From Dehalococcoidia bacterium (GTDB lineage: Bacteria > Chloroflexota > Dehalococcoidia > Lucifugimonadales > G958296245): a stretch of 64,000 nt of DNA. Of the stretch, positions 9,001 to 13,979 are shown one piece after another. Numbering within the stretch: position 1 is the first letter of the stretch; the number at the start of each line of letters is the position of its first letter. Below the pieces are notes generated by a model. That model was not told where the DNA came from. It did no database searches and worked only from the letters and a program-made list of their open reading frames with translations. The stretch covers positions 3,212,503-3,276,502 of the forward strand of contig OY760867.2 of assembly GCA_963664035.2 (NCBI GenBank), written 5' to 3'. Made by a program: the position numbers and the translations under genes.

Positions 9001-11452
9001 ACAGGTTCTTTATCCCGTACTGGTTGCCTTCCAGTATGGCCTCGTAGGTATTGATAGGATTCCAGCCGGAGCCGCTGTTCCAGTAGGTGTCGCCGGAGTC
9101 CGCGCGCCCGTTGCCGTTGGTGTCGAAGTCCAGGTCGTTGGCGAGCTCGTAGCCGATGCACCCGGTGGAGGGGCAGCCCATGGCCGGAGCCGGGTTCGTG
9201 AAAGCGAGGTCGTAGTTCGTATTGCCGATAGCCCCGTTCCCGTCCTGGTCGTGGCGCAGTGCGTTCAGATGGGCCAGGCTGCTTATCTCGATCAGCCCGT
9301 CGCCGTCCGAGTCGTAGTCCTTGCCGGGGCTCTGCTGGGCCGTGGACGCGGGGCCGTCGTCCACGTTCGCGTCCGTCTTGACCGCGTACACCCGCACGTC
9401 GTAGACGGTCGTGCTCGTCAGGCCGGAGATGGTGTGGGAGCACTTGGTGGGAGTCCCCGTGCAGTTGGACGTCGCCACCGTGGTGTCCGCGCCCCACGTG
9501 TTGGACGTGGACGCCTTGTGCGCCGCCTTGTAGTTGTCCGCGCCGGTCACCGGGTCCCACGAGAGTACCAGCGACGTGAAGTCCGTCCCCTTCGCCGCGG
9601 CCAGGTTCGCCGGCGCCGCGAGCTCGTCGTCGTCCGCGATGGTCAGCGTGGGACTGGTGGACGTGGCGATGACACGCATGTCGTTGACGGTGTAACCCGT
9701 CGCGAGGTTGATCGCCTTGTCGGCGGCGTCCACCTTGTCGTTCACCGCCGTGAGCGTCACGGTCGCCGGGTTGGGGGTCGTGGTGGCCGCGGCGAAGGAG
9801 ACCGTGGTCGTGCTGAGGGTGTAGGCCGTGCCGGTCGGCAGCGTCAGCGTTATGGCCTTCCCCCACGCCGCGCTCAGGGTCGGCGTGATCGTCGCGGAGT
9901 TCACCCGGCTCCCGACCGCGCGCTCGTAGATCGTCGTCGGCGACGCCGCGAGCGTGATGGTCGCGCGCTGGTCGGATGCGGTGAGAGACCCGTACTTGAG
10001 CCCCGGGTACTGGCTGGCCGTGCCGAAGTCCCAGGGGTCGTCCGTGCCGTTGGTGAGCTGGTTGTTGTTGTCGGCGTTGTCCACGTCGATGTTCCAGTTG
10101 GCGTAGATGCCGCTGTAGCCCGTCGGCGTCTGCAGCTCGCTCGTCGTCTTGGACGTGCCCTCCACGCTGCTGGAGTCGCCGGACGCCGTCGCGTCCCAGT
10201 AAGAATCGGTGACGGTGAGGCGCCCCGTCGCCTTGGCGGCCACCAGCCCCCCGTCCGTGGTCGCCGTCGTCGCGCCGATGGAGTAGCTGTAGAAGATGCT
10301 CCCGCTCAGGTACCCGACGAGGCCGCCCGCGCGGTTGGCCGCCGCGCCGCTGGCCTCCACGGCGCCCGCGGCGTAGGAGCCCTGGACCGTCCCGCCGAGA
10401 TTGCCCACCAGGCCGCCCGCGTTGGCCGTGGACGAGCTCGAGACGGTGGTGACCACGTCGACGTCGCCCGTCGCGTAGGAGCCGCTGACCGTCCCGGCGG
10501 CGTCGCCCGCGACGCCGCCGCCATGCACGGTCGTGATCGGCCCGGCCGACTCCACGTCCGCGGTGGAGTAGCTGCCGACGACGACCCCGCCGCTCTCCAG
10601 GTACCCCACGATGCCGCCCACGCGCCCGGTGGTGACCGTTGCCGCCGTGTTCCCGGAGTAGTCTTCGACGCGCAGCTTCACCGCGCCGCCGATGACGAAG
10701 GAGTCCTCTATCGTCCCCGCGGAGGCGCCGGCGATGCCGCCCACGCGGACGTCCGAAGAGCCCGCGTGTAGAGGGTTGTGGTCGATGTACACGTCCTTCA
10801 GCGTCAGGTTATGGATCTTCCCCGCGCTTCCCAGGGCTCCGAAGAGGCCCATCCGGTAGTTGGTGTTACTGTCCAGGGTGGAGCCTTCCTGCAAAAGGTA
10901 CAGGTTGGAGATGGCGTACGGCCCGCCGTCGCCGGAGGGGTCGGAGTCGTTGTTGCCGTCGAATGTGGCGGTGAAGGGCCTTTGGGTATCCGACGGCCAG
11001 CCCTGCGTCGCGTACACGCTGCCGATGGCCCACCATCCCCTCTGGGGAAAAGATCTCGACGTCCATATGTTCTTCCAGGTGGACGCGTTCTTGTAGCTGG
11101 AGTCATCGTTGAAGTCCAGGTTGGCGCGCAGCTCGTAGCCTATGCAGCCGCTCTGGGGGCAGCCCATTCCCGCCTCGGGATTCGAGAAGGCGTTGTTGTA
11201 GAACGTGACGTCAGCGGTGTTGCCTGCGAAGCTGGCTGTCGGCGTCCCGTCGCCGTCGACGTCGAAGCCGATCGCCGCCAACTGCTCCAGCTTGGTGATC
11301 TCGATCAGCCCGTCGTCGTCGGTGTCGTAATCGGTGTTGGCGTAGACGGCGCCGCCGCTCCACAGCAGGACGGCGGCCGCCAGCGCGGCCAACGCCAACG
11401 CCGGCCCAGCCCTCAGCCTGCCGGGCCCTGTCCCGCGCCTGGCTCCAATCAT
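1..11452 (-). CDS. Giant secreted GLUG-repeat/FN3 modular surface protein, N-terminal 3,817 codons (3' end lies beyond the left window edge)
   Basis: The minus frame with codon tops = 1 mod 3 is open from ATG (rc of cat 11450-11452) to position 1. No track ORF occupies this frame. My translation starts [69 protein letters not shown]...[21 protein letters not shown]...RVGGIAGAS...RVGGIVGYLESGG. The left edge reads ...[43 protein letters not shown]...DDPWDFGAAYDYPVLDY. DYDxDxDGLIE motifs at ~11.3, 9.3, 7.4, 5.4, 3.3 and 1.36 kb give six ~2-kb modules. The gene is paralogous at DNA level to 48.9-64 kb. Confidence 0.85.
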   Translation of the reverse strand, partial: MIGARRGTGPGRLRAGPALALAALAAAVLLWSGGAVYANTDYDTDDDGLIEITKLEQLAAIGFDVDGDGTPTASFAGNTADVTFYNNAFSNPEAGMGCPQSGCIGYELRANLDFNDDSSYKNASTWKNIWTSRSFPQRGWWAIGSVYATQGWPSDTQRPFTATFDGNNDSDPSGDGGPYAISNLYLLQEGSTLDSNTNYRMGLFGALGSAGKIHNLTLKDVYIDHNPLHAGSSDVRVGGIAGASAGTIEDSFVIGGAVKLRVEDYSGNTAATVTTGRVGGIVGYLESGGVVVGSYSTADVESAGPITTVHGGGVAGDAAGTVSGSYATGDVDVVTTVSSSSTANAGGLVGNLGGTVQGSYAAGAVEASGAAANRAGGLVGYLSGSIFYSYSIGATTATTDGGLVAAKATGRLTVTDSYWDATASGDSSSVEGTSKTTSELQTPTGYSGIYANWNIDVDNADNNNQLTNGTDDPWDFGTASQYPGLKYGSLTASDQRATITLAASPTTIYERAVGSRVNSATITPTLSAAWGKAITLTLPTGTAYTLSTTTVSFAAATTTPNPATVTLTAVNDKVDAADKAINLATGYTVNDMRVIATSTSPTLTIADDDELAAPANLAAAKGTDFTSLVLSWDPVTGADNYKAAHKASTSNTWGADTTVATSNCTGTPTKCSHTISGLTSTTVYDVRVYAVKTDANVDDGPASTAQQSPGKDYDSDGDGLIEISSLAHLNALRHDQDGNGAIGNTNYDLAFTNPAPAMGCPSTGCIGYELANDLDFDTNGNGRADSGDTYWNSGSGWNPINTYEAILEGNQYGIKNLYINRSGSVSTFCGLINTLYDSGSGTGAELRNLYTSNVSVTCVSTADGAFAGALVANNNQGLITDSYVSGSISATSGGGSGARAYAGGFIGNNLGGTVRKSYSGATVTATVSGSAAADAYAGGFVAWNNVGTVEASYATGDVTATGSTNSSSDADAGGLVGRNESTGTLRAVYSTGDVSASAVGTVNAGGLVGYNGPGSTITVGHSIGGVTGDDSGTNNIGGSVGSNSGTVSELYWDTDTTGIADDADTAAPEGKTTSELQTPTEAQKSLPNYPTGLYANWNVNVDGVTGNDNPWDFGTATQYPVLHVRTLPYVLLQSVPTVTWAVANATLCESSKGTDTAVCGASPVTSTTITPTLSGEWKTDLEYTFPTPTAAYTLSATELTIPAGTTTAAGVTLTAVNNKVDAADLTLNLSPTSSHLRQDSSVPAITIKDEDILAKPTGVRLSVDGTKVQVDWTAVSEATGYTIEWSTSSTFTGTPSSGTSSTNSHKVTTGLTSGTTYYFRVTANKTGYDDSAPSDSASVTPTTGDVDYDVDNDGLIDVDSLAKLNAIRYDLDGNGSPETATSTYNAAFPNAEDNMGCGETGATIQSNNTGNPTCSGYELTADLDFNTNNSATSAANPAGADSGDTYWNGGAGWDPIGGVSGGDYTGDFDGNTYTISNLFIDRSSGNYAGLFADLNGTGQTIENVSLVNVDVTLNVSTGSEVNVGGLAGYVESGVTVEDSYTTGRVRAGESSSDPVTLTASDLNSDVGGLVGRSSGSIVSSYSLADVTAHSKSSQNGIATNVGGLVGHASGGSVTASYAGGAVSGNTVAQNNGRVHAGGLVGRNNGPIRASYARGDVSGDYDATATASVTGRARVGGLVGWQVANVTASFSTGAATATGDGTLEAGGLVGHHTGGTNTDSYWDADTSGIADDSDNNSPEGKTTAQLQAPTAYGTGANDIYKDWDIDLDTTAAGLQDAWDFGAANQYPTLKYGILASSVQRAVVTLSVSPTTIWESNTGGSTRVTAATVTATLDPAWHDDLTVTFPTNAVYTLGAATSAIAAGATTTTVTLTAVNNFADAANAVVALTQAAHPAGTTWVSKGTDVSITINDDDELTKPTGVKLSVDGTKIQVDWTAVTDATGYKVQWNTSDSWAGSITGTATISSGSTVTHKITSGLTADTTYYVRVLPTKSGADEPPSDTASATTRASAGTGDYDADNDGLIDVDSLAKLNAIRYDLDGDGVADKYDHNNDGDYTDTNLGEYDYTTQYDAAFPNAEDNMGCNESAVSIASNNTGNPACTGYELSGDLDFDDNTAGDRTDDTYYNSGAGWLPIADTAKTHNSSSHPYNAVFEGNNYVIYNLFINRTGSRTGSQTEDYRYGLFAGLFGDLGSSAKIRNLGVEDVSITFTNSEITGSSGPEVYAGGLAGYSAGEIFKTYVTGSVTAKSTGTTGNDKDPHAGGLIGRQVGGSIISSYARVTVTANQHGSDFQRFSYAGGLVAYQDGGDIVATYARGSATADVKTFGTGTAYAGGLIGYHKGGEIKSSYSEADAAATASGGTSHNLYAGGLVGAQDGGKITASYSVGVPSTNPRTTSLPTENKGGLTGRYVTGTTTVSYWDTTVSGITATGQGTGKTTSELKTPTGFTGIYANWEFDLDNADKDNNDATGKDDQWHFGTASDYPVLQYHLTIPPQRASVTLTVSPTTIWERALTTQARVNVTTVTATLSGEWHNDVTVTPLADASYTLSAATSTIAAGATTTTVTLTAVNNYLCGASACPSTAVNKSVSITAATDDPWVSVGDAPTLTINDDDEVAAPTNVKLSVDGTKIQVDWTQVSGATGYTVEWNSTSATDWSSPSSATISSGSTVTHTISSGLTAGTTYYVRVIATKGAGVDQPPSNVVSATPTASAGTGDYDADNDGLIEVSNLAQLNAMRWDLDGDGVVDDATNQASYNTAFPNAEDNMGCNESVVTIASNTGNPACSGYELRANLDFDTDGDGSPDSGDTYWNSGAGWTPIGDGTTAYTGDFDGNADADSSGDGGPYTISNLHVNLSATSGNSYAGLFGVIGPGATVYNVALAGVSATGSTTGDAVYVGALAGRNRGAVTGSWSLGEVTANRTGSGTLKKAYAGGLVGQNDGTLRASYSRADATATAHSANEGHAGGLVGLNAAGGTIAASYARGGATSNRGTDSGSTPLNNAYAGGLVSDNSGTITASYASGGVTGAGRNADVGGLVGTNTGTITASYSTGAVSATATGGTATTGGLVGGSGPTATVTNSYWDTTTSGITATGSGTGKTTAELQTPTTETGIYANWDVNVDGQTGNDDPWDFGTAGQYPVLDFGAHVVSRQRAVVTLTASPLTIWERALTSPSRVNSTTVTLTPGAAWHEAITVTLPSNAAYTLNPATSAIATSSTAAVIVTLTAVNDKTDASDVTLALNGAAVGPWVYASSTQTITIKDDDELAKPTGLRLSADGTKLRADWTAVDDAEGYKVEWSKSSTFASKSEATVSGGSTTHYKIDPTPALTADTRYYVRVIATKTGGTDDSAPSNPANTKTTTAVAGTGDYDADNDGLIEVSNLAQLNAMRYDLDGNGVVDDSANATAYSTAFPDAEDNMGCGESVVSIASAGTGNPTCSGYELSANLDFDTDGDGSADSGDTYWDGGKGWWPIAHDSTSADASSAPFNTTFEGNDYVISNLFINRSGARTGSSGSYRYELFAGLFGDLGQSAVVRNLGLEGVSVTFANASAAVGDLGVYAGGLAGYSRARIVDTYVTGAVTATANASSNTDKPPHAGGLVGKQVGGSITSSYARAAVTATQDSNDASAKSYAGGLAGYQDTANIVASYSRGSAGATVKATSGGEAHAGGLVGYHKGGEIKSSYSAANARSTAAGGAATLNAGGLVGSQDGGKITASYSTGIAASATTSVSTVTSNVGGLTGRHGSGITAYSYWDTTTSGITTSGQGTGKTTAELKTPTATTSTIYANWDLDLDNADNDSSDATGQDDPWDFGAAYDYPVLDYDGMAIP
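11339..11452 (-). other. Sec-type signal peptide of giant gene 1 (38 aa)
   Basis: MIGARRGTGPGRLRAGPALALAALAAAVLLWSGGAVYA has a basic n-region, an Ala/Leu hydrophobic core and a VYA-N cleavage-like site. The first Ca-binding motif follows directly. Confidence 0.6.
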
Positions 11453-11672
11453 GGGCCGCCGCCCCCAATCGAGACCGACCGCCAGCTTCCAAAACAACGC
11501 CAAACCCTCCCCCCAGATATGACGTTCTGATATTAAGCCGCATCAAATGATACCATACCTTAACCAGCTATACCACGCATTCATGAAATCACGATGAAAT
11601 ATCAACCTATTTCATTACTTTAACAACAATCATCCCAAGAACGATCAACCCCCACACCTTACGCCCAAGTGT
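11453..11672 (-). promoter_or_regulatory. AT-rich upstream region of giant gene 1 (putative promoter/leader)
   Basis: This is the only markedly AT-rich stretch in the first 11.7 kb (11520-11640). On the minus strand TGgTATCAT (rc of 11547-11555) resembles an extended -10 box ~95 nt upstream of the ATG. A GGGGG run sits ~10 nt upstream of the ATG. There is no convincing -35, and the TSS is unsupported. Confidence 0.25.
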
Positions 11673-11728
11673 CCACTCCCCACTATCCACTATCCACCAT
11701 CCACTATCCCCTATCCCCTAACCACCTT
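11673..11728. repeat. Eight tandem CCACTAW-type heptads (orphan array)
   Basis: ccactcc ccactat ccactat ccaccat ccactat cccctat cccctaa ccacctt, read directly from the sequence. Confidence 0.9.
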
Positions 11729-11756
11729 GCCACCCGAAGAACGCGCGTGCTATACT
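11727..11756 (+). promoter_or_regulatory. Sigma70-like promoter candidate TTGCCA-18nt-TATACT
   Basis: TTGCCA at 11727-11732, an 18-nt spacer, then TATACT at 11751-11756. It points toward the repeat region and Uma2 gene 1. This is sequence resemblance only. Confidence 0.25.
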
Positions 11757-11783
11757 CCCCCCATGCACCACCGCGCACATACT

Positions 11784-11813
11784 CGTAGGGGCGGGTTTCA
11801 AACCCGCCCTCCC
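11784..11813. repeat. GC-rich hairpin unit (family GGGAGGGC-stem-loop-CCCTACGGG), inverted orientation
   Basis: cgtaggggcgggtttcaaacccgccctccc. It has perfect 10-bp arms gggcgggttt/aaacccgccc (11789-11809). Related units lie at 12020-12052, 12067-12096 and 13818-13850. Confidence 0.85.
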
Positions 11814-11851
11814 AATCCCGACATGCGGCCATGCCGCGCCCTCGTCCGTCG

Positions 11852-11931
11852 TGTCTCATTCTGTCTCATTACTGTCTCATTCTGTCTATTTCGCGTCTCA
11901 TTTTGCCTCGTTCGTGTCTCCCGCTGTCTCA
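11852..11931 (+). repeat. Eight helically phased TGTCTCA-like boxes (4 x 21-bp tandem units); candidate transcription-factor binding array
   Basis: Box starts are 11852, 11862, 11873, 11883, 11894, 11904, 11915 and 11925 (tgtctca x3, tgtctat, cgtctca, tgcctcg, tgtctcc, tgtctca). Spacings are 10,11,10,11,10,11,10. Two inverted boxes lie at 11947-11953 and 11957-11963. Confidence 0.8.
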
Positions 11932-12002
11932 CGGCCCGTAGCTGGAATAGACAAAAAGAGACACTTCCGAGGAAAATCAGGGTGAGGGCTCCCCCACTAA
12001 CC

Positions 12003-12125
12003 GTATCTGTTCAGAGTATGGGAGGGCAGCCACAAGGGCTGCACCCTACGGGATGGAAGCCGTAGTCGTAGGGGCGTCCCTTGTGGGCGCCCTAGGTGAG
12101 GAACGCACCAACTCTGAACAGTTAC
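12003..12125. mobile_element. 123-bp MITE-like element with 15-bp terminal inverted repeats and an 8-bp target-site duplication
   Basis: TIR-L is gtatctgttcagagt (12003-12017). TIR-R is actctgaacagttac (12111-12125), whose rc gtaactgttcagagt matches 14/15. The direct repeat cactaacc abuts both ends (11995-12002 and 12126-12133). The interior is two mutually inverted GC-rich hairpin units (12020-12052, 12067-12096). No coding capacity. Confidence 0.7.
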
Positions 12126-12152
12126 CACTAACCACTGACCACTAACCACCTC
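12126..12152. repeat. CCACTAA/CCACTGA heptad array upstream of Uma2 gene 1 (insertion target of the MITE-like element)
   Basis: ccactaa ccactga ccactaa ccacctc at 12125-12152. Removing the element plus one TSD copy restores a continuous heptad run with 11994-12002. Confidence 0.8.
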
Positions 12153-12183
12153 CTGTGCTACCATACCGGCAGGAGCGAGCGCC

Positions 12184-12966
12184 ATGGCCACGACACCGAC
12201 AGTCCTGACCCCCCACAGGCCCACAGAGGCCGATGAGGTCTTCTACCCCGAAACGGACGGTATGCCATTGCCAGACGGATATGAGCAGGAGCCGCATTTC
12301 ACAGACACTGTTTCGACTCTGAGACTCCACCTGGGCGGCCCCACGACCGCCGTCAGCGGCGACACCTTCGTCTACTACGTCGAGGGCGACCCCAAGAAGT
12401 GGGTGTCCCCGGACTGCTACGTCGCCTTTGGCGTGGACGTGGAGTCCATAAGGGGGTTCAACACCTACCGCGTGTGGGAGACGGGCAAGGCACCCGACTT
12501 CGTGCTGGAGATAGGCTCTTCGTCGACGGCGTCGAACGACGTGGGTCCCAAGCGCGAGTTGTACGCGAGCCTTGGCGTCCGGGAGTACTGGCGCTTCGAT
12601 CCCACGGGCGGCGACCACTACGGCGAGCCGCTGGTTGGCGAGTACCTGGTTGGGGGCGAGTACCGCCGCTTCGACATGAGCGCCGGGCCGGGCGTCGCGC
12701 CGCGGGGCCACAGCCCGCTGCTGGGCCTGGACCTGTGCTGGACGGAGGGCCGCCTGCGCTTCTACGACCCGGCGGCTGGCCGCTGGCTGGAGAACCACAC
12801 CGAGTCCGCCGCCCGCGCCGATGTCGCCGAGTATCTCGCCGCTACCGAGCAGACCCGCGCCAATGCCGCCGAGTATCTCGCCGCCGCCGAGCAGACCCGC
12901 GCCAATGCCGCCGAAGCCCGCGTGGCCGAGATGGAAGCCGAACTGCGTCGCCTGCGCGGCGAGTAA
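12184..12966 (+). CDS. Uma2-family (DUF820) PD-(D/E)xK endonuclease, copy 1
   Basis: ATG is preceded by AGGAG 9 nt upstream. Motifs: FYPETDGMPLPDG, SPDCYVAFGV, KAPDFVLEIGSSSTASNDVGPKRELYASLGVREYWRFDP. The C-terminus is a coiled-coil tail ...AEARVAEMEAELRRLRGE. Confidence 0.85.
   Translation: MATTPTVLTPHRPTEADEVFYPETDGMPLPDGYEQEPHFTDTVSTLRLHLGGPTTAVSGDTFVYYVEGDPKKWVSPDCYVAFGVDVESIRGFNTYRVWETGKAPDFVLEIGSSSTASNDVGPKRELYASLGVREYWRFDPTGGDHYGEPLVGEYLVGGEYRRFDMSAGPGVAPRGHSPLLGLDLCWTEGRLRFYDPAAGRWLENHTESAARADVAEYLAATEQTRANAAEYLAAAEQTRANAAEARVAEMEAELRRLRGE
12826..12909 (+). repeat. In-frame 42-bp tandem duplication in the Uma2 copy-1 tail
   Basis: gccgagtatctcgccgc(t/c)(a/g)ccgagcagacccgcgccaatgcc occurs twice (12826-12867, 12868-12909). 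It encodes AEYLAATEQTRANA/AEYLAAAEQTRANA. Copy 2 carries one unit. Confidence 0.9.
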
Positions 12967-12975
12967 CTCCCCTCC

Positions 12976-12996
12976 CCACTATCCACTATCCACTGG
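12976..12996. repeat. CCACTAT heptads upstream of Uma2 gene 2
   Basis: ccactat ccactat ccactgg, ending 10 nt before the ATG at 13007. Confidence 0.8.
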
Positions 12997-13006
12997 AGCA
13001 AGAGCC

Positions 13007-13768
13007 ATGGCCACGACACCCACAGTCCTGATCCCCGACAGGCCCGCCGAGGCCGATGAGGTCTTCTACCCCGAAACGGACGGTATGCCATTGCCAGACG
13101 GACTTAAGCAGGAGCCGCATTTCACTGAGATCGTTTCGACGCTGAGACTCCACCTGGGCAGCCCTACTACCCTCGTCAGCGGCGACACCTTCGTCTACTA
13201 CGTAGAAGGCGACCCCGGGAGACGGCTATCCCCCGACTGCTACGTCGCCTTTGGGGTGGACGTGGAGGCCATGATGCGCTTGAATAGCTACCGCGTGTGG
13301 GAAGCAGACAAGGCCCCCGACTTCGTGCTGGAGATAGGCTCTCAGTCCACCGCCTCCAACGACGTAGGCCCCAAGCGCGACCTCTACGCGAGCCTGGGTG
13401 TCCGCGAGTACTGGCGCTTCGATCCGACGGGCGGCGACCACTACGGCGAGCCGCTGGTGGGGGAGTACCTGGTGGAAGGCGAATACTGCCGATTCGAGAT
13501 GAGCGTCGGGCCGGGGGTCGCGCCGCGGGGCCGCAGCCCGCTGCTGGGCCTCGACCTGTGCTGGACGGAGGGCCGCCTGCGCTTCTACGACCCCGCGGCT
13601 GCCCGCTGGCTGGAGAACCACACCGAGACCGCCGCCCGCGCCGACGCCGAGCAGACAGCCCGCGAGGCCGCCGAGTATCTCGCCGCCGCCGAGCAGACCC
13701 GCGCCGATGCCGCCGAAGCCCGCATGGCCGAGTTGGAAGCCGAGCTGCGGCGGCTGCGCGGCGAATAG
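13007..13768 (+). CDS. Uma2-family (DUF820) endonuclease, copy 2 (tandem paralog)
   Basis: An internal ATG at 13007 (GGAG 9 nt upstream) gives MATTPTVLIPDRPAEADEVFYPETDGMPLPDG..., collinear with copy 1. I counted 8 mismatches in the first 118 nt. The track's longer ORF (12821..) overlaps the end of copy 1 and is rejected. Confidence 0.85.
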   Translation: MATTPTVLIPDRPAEADEVFYPETDGMPLPDGLKQEPHFTEIVSTLRLHLGSPTTLVSGDTFVYYVEGDPGRRLSPDCYVAFGVDVEAMMRLNSYRVWEADKAPDFVLEIGSQSTASNDVGPKRDLYASLGVREYWRFDPTGGDHYGEPLVGEYLVEGEYCRFEMSVGPGVAPRGRSPLLGLDLCWTEGRLRFYDPAAARWLENHTETAARADAEQTAREAAEYLAAAEQTRADAAEARMAELEAELRRLRGE

Positions 13769-13775
13769 CGAATAG

Positions 13776-13897
13776 CCAAAATCCCCCACCTAAATGGCGG
13801 TGACGCTCTACGGCAAGGGGGAGGGCTGGTTTGAAACCAGCCCCTACGGGTGATGGCCGATAGATATGGCGCTGAACCTGGAGGTGGGGGATTTGGG
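13776..13897. mobile_element. Second small inverted-repeat-bounded element carrying one GC-rich hairpin unit
   Basis: ccaaaatcccccacct (13776-13791) pairs with aggtgggggatttggg (13882-13897), with a 13-bp perfect core and 15/16 overall. It encloses hairpin unit 13818-13850 (gggctggttt g aaaccagccc). The possible 4-bp flank repeat atag (13772-13775, 13898-13901) is weak. Confidence 0.4.
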
Positions 13898-13979
13898 ATA
13901 GCTCCCTTCGTCCCTTCGCACCCGTGACGGTGATATGCTGTAGATACCAGCGTCGCTGGCGTGACGGAGGTGAAGAAAG

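Noticed and set aside
11852-11931. The phased 21-bp repeats, the 48-bp stalk repeats (31021-31165) and the heptads, considered as a CRISPR array.
   Set aside because: The repeats are contiguous with no unique spacers. The unit sizes are too small or lie inside a coding frame, and there are no cas genes in the window.
11727-12224. Small ORFs 11727-12065 (+), 11997-12224 (-) and 11211-11546 (-).
   Set aside because: They are composed of translated repeats (VSFCL x4 from the 21-bp units, GGFQTRP from the hairpin) or overlap the giant-gene start. They have no RBS and no recognisable fold.
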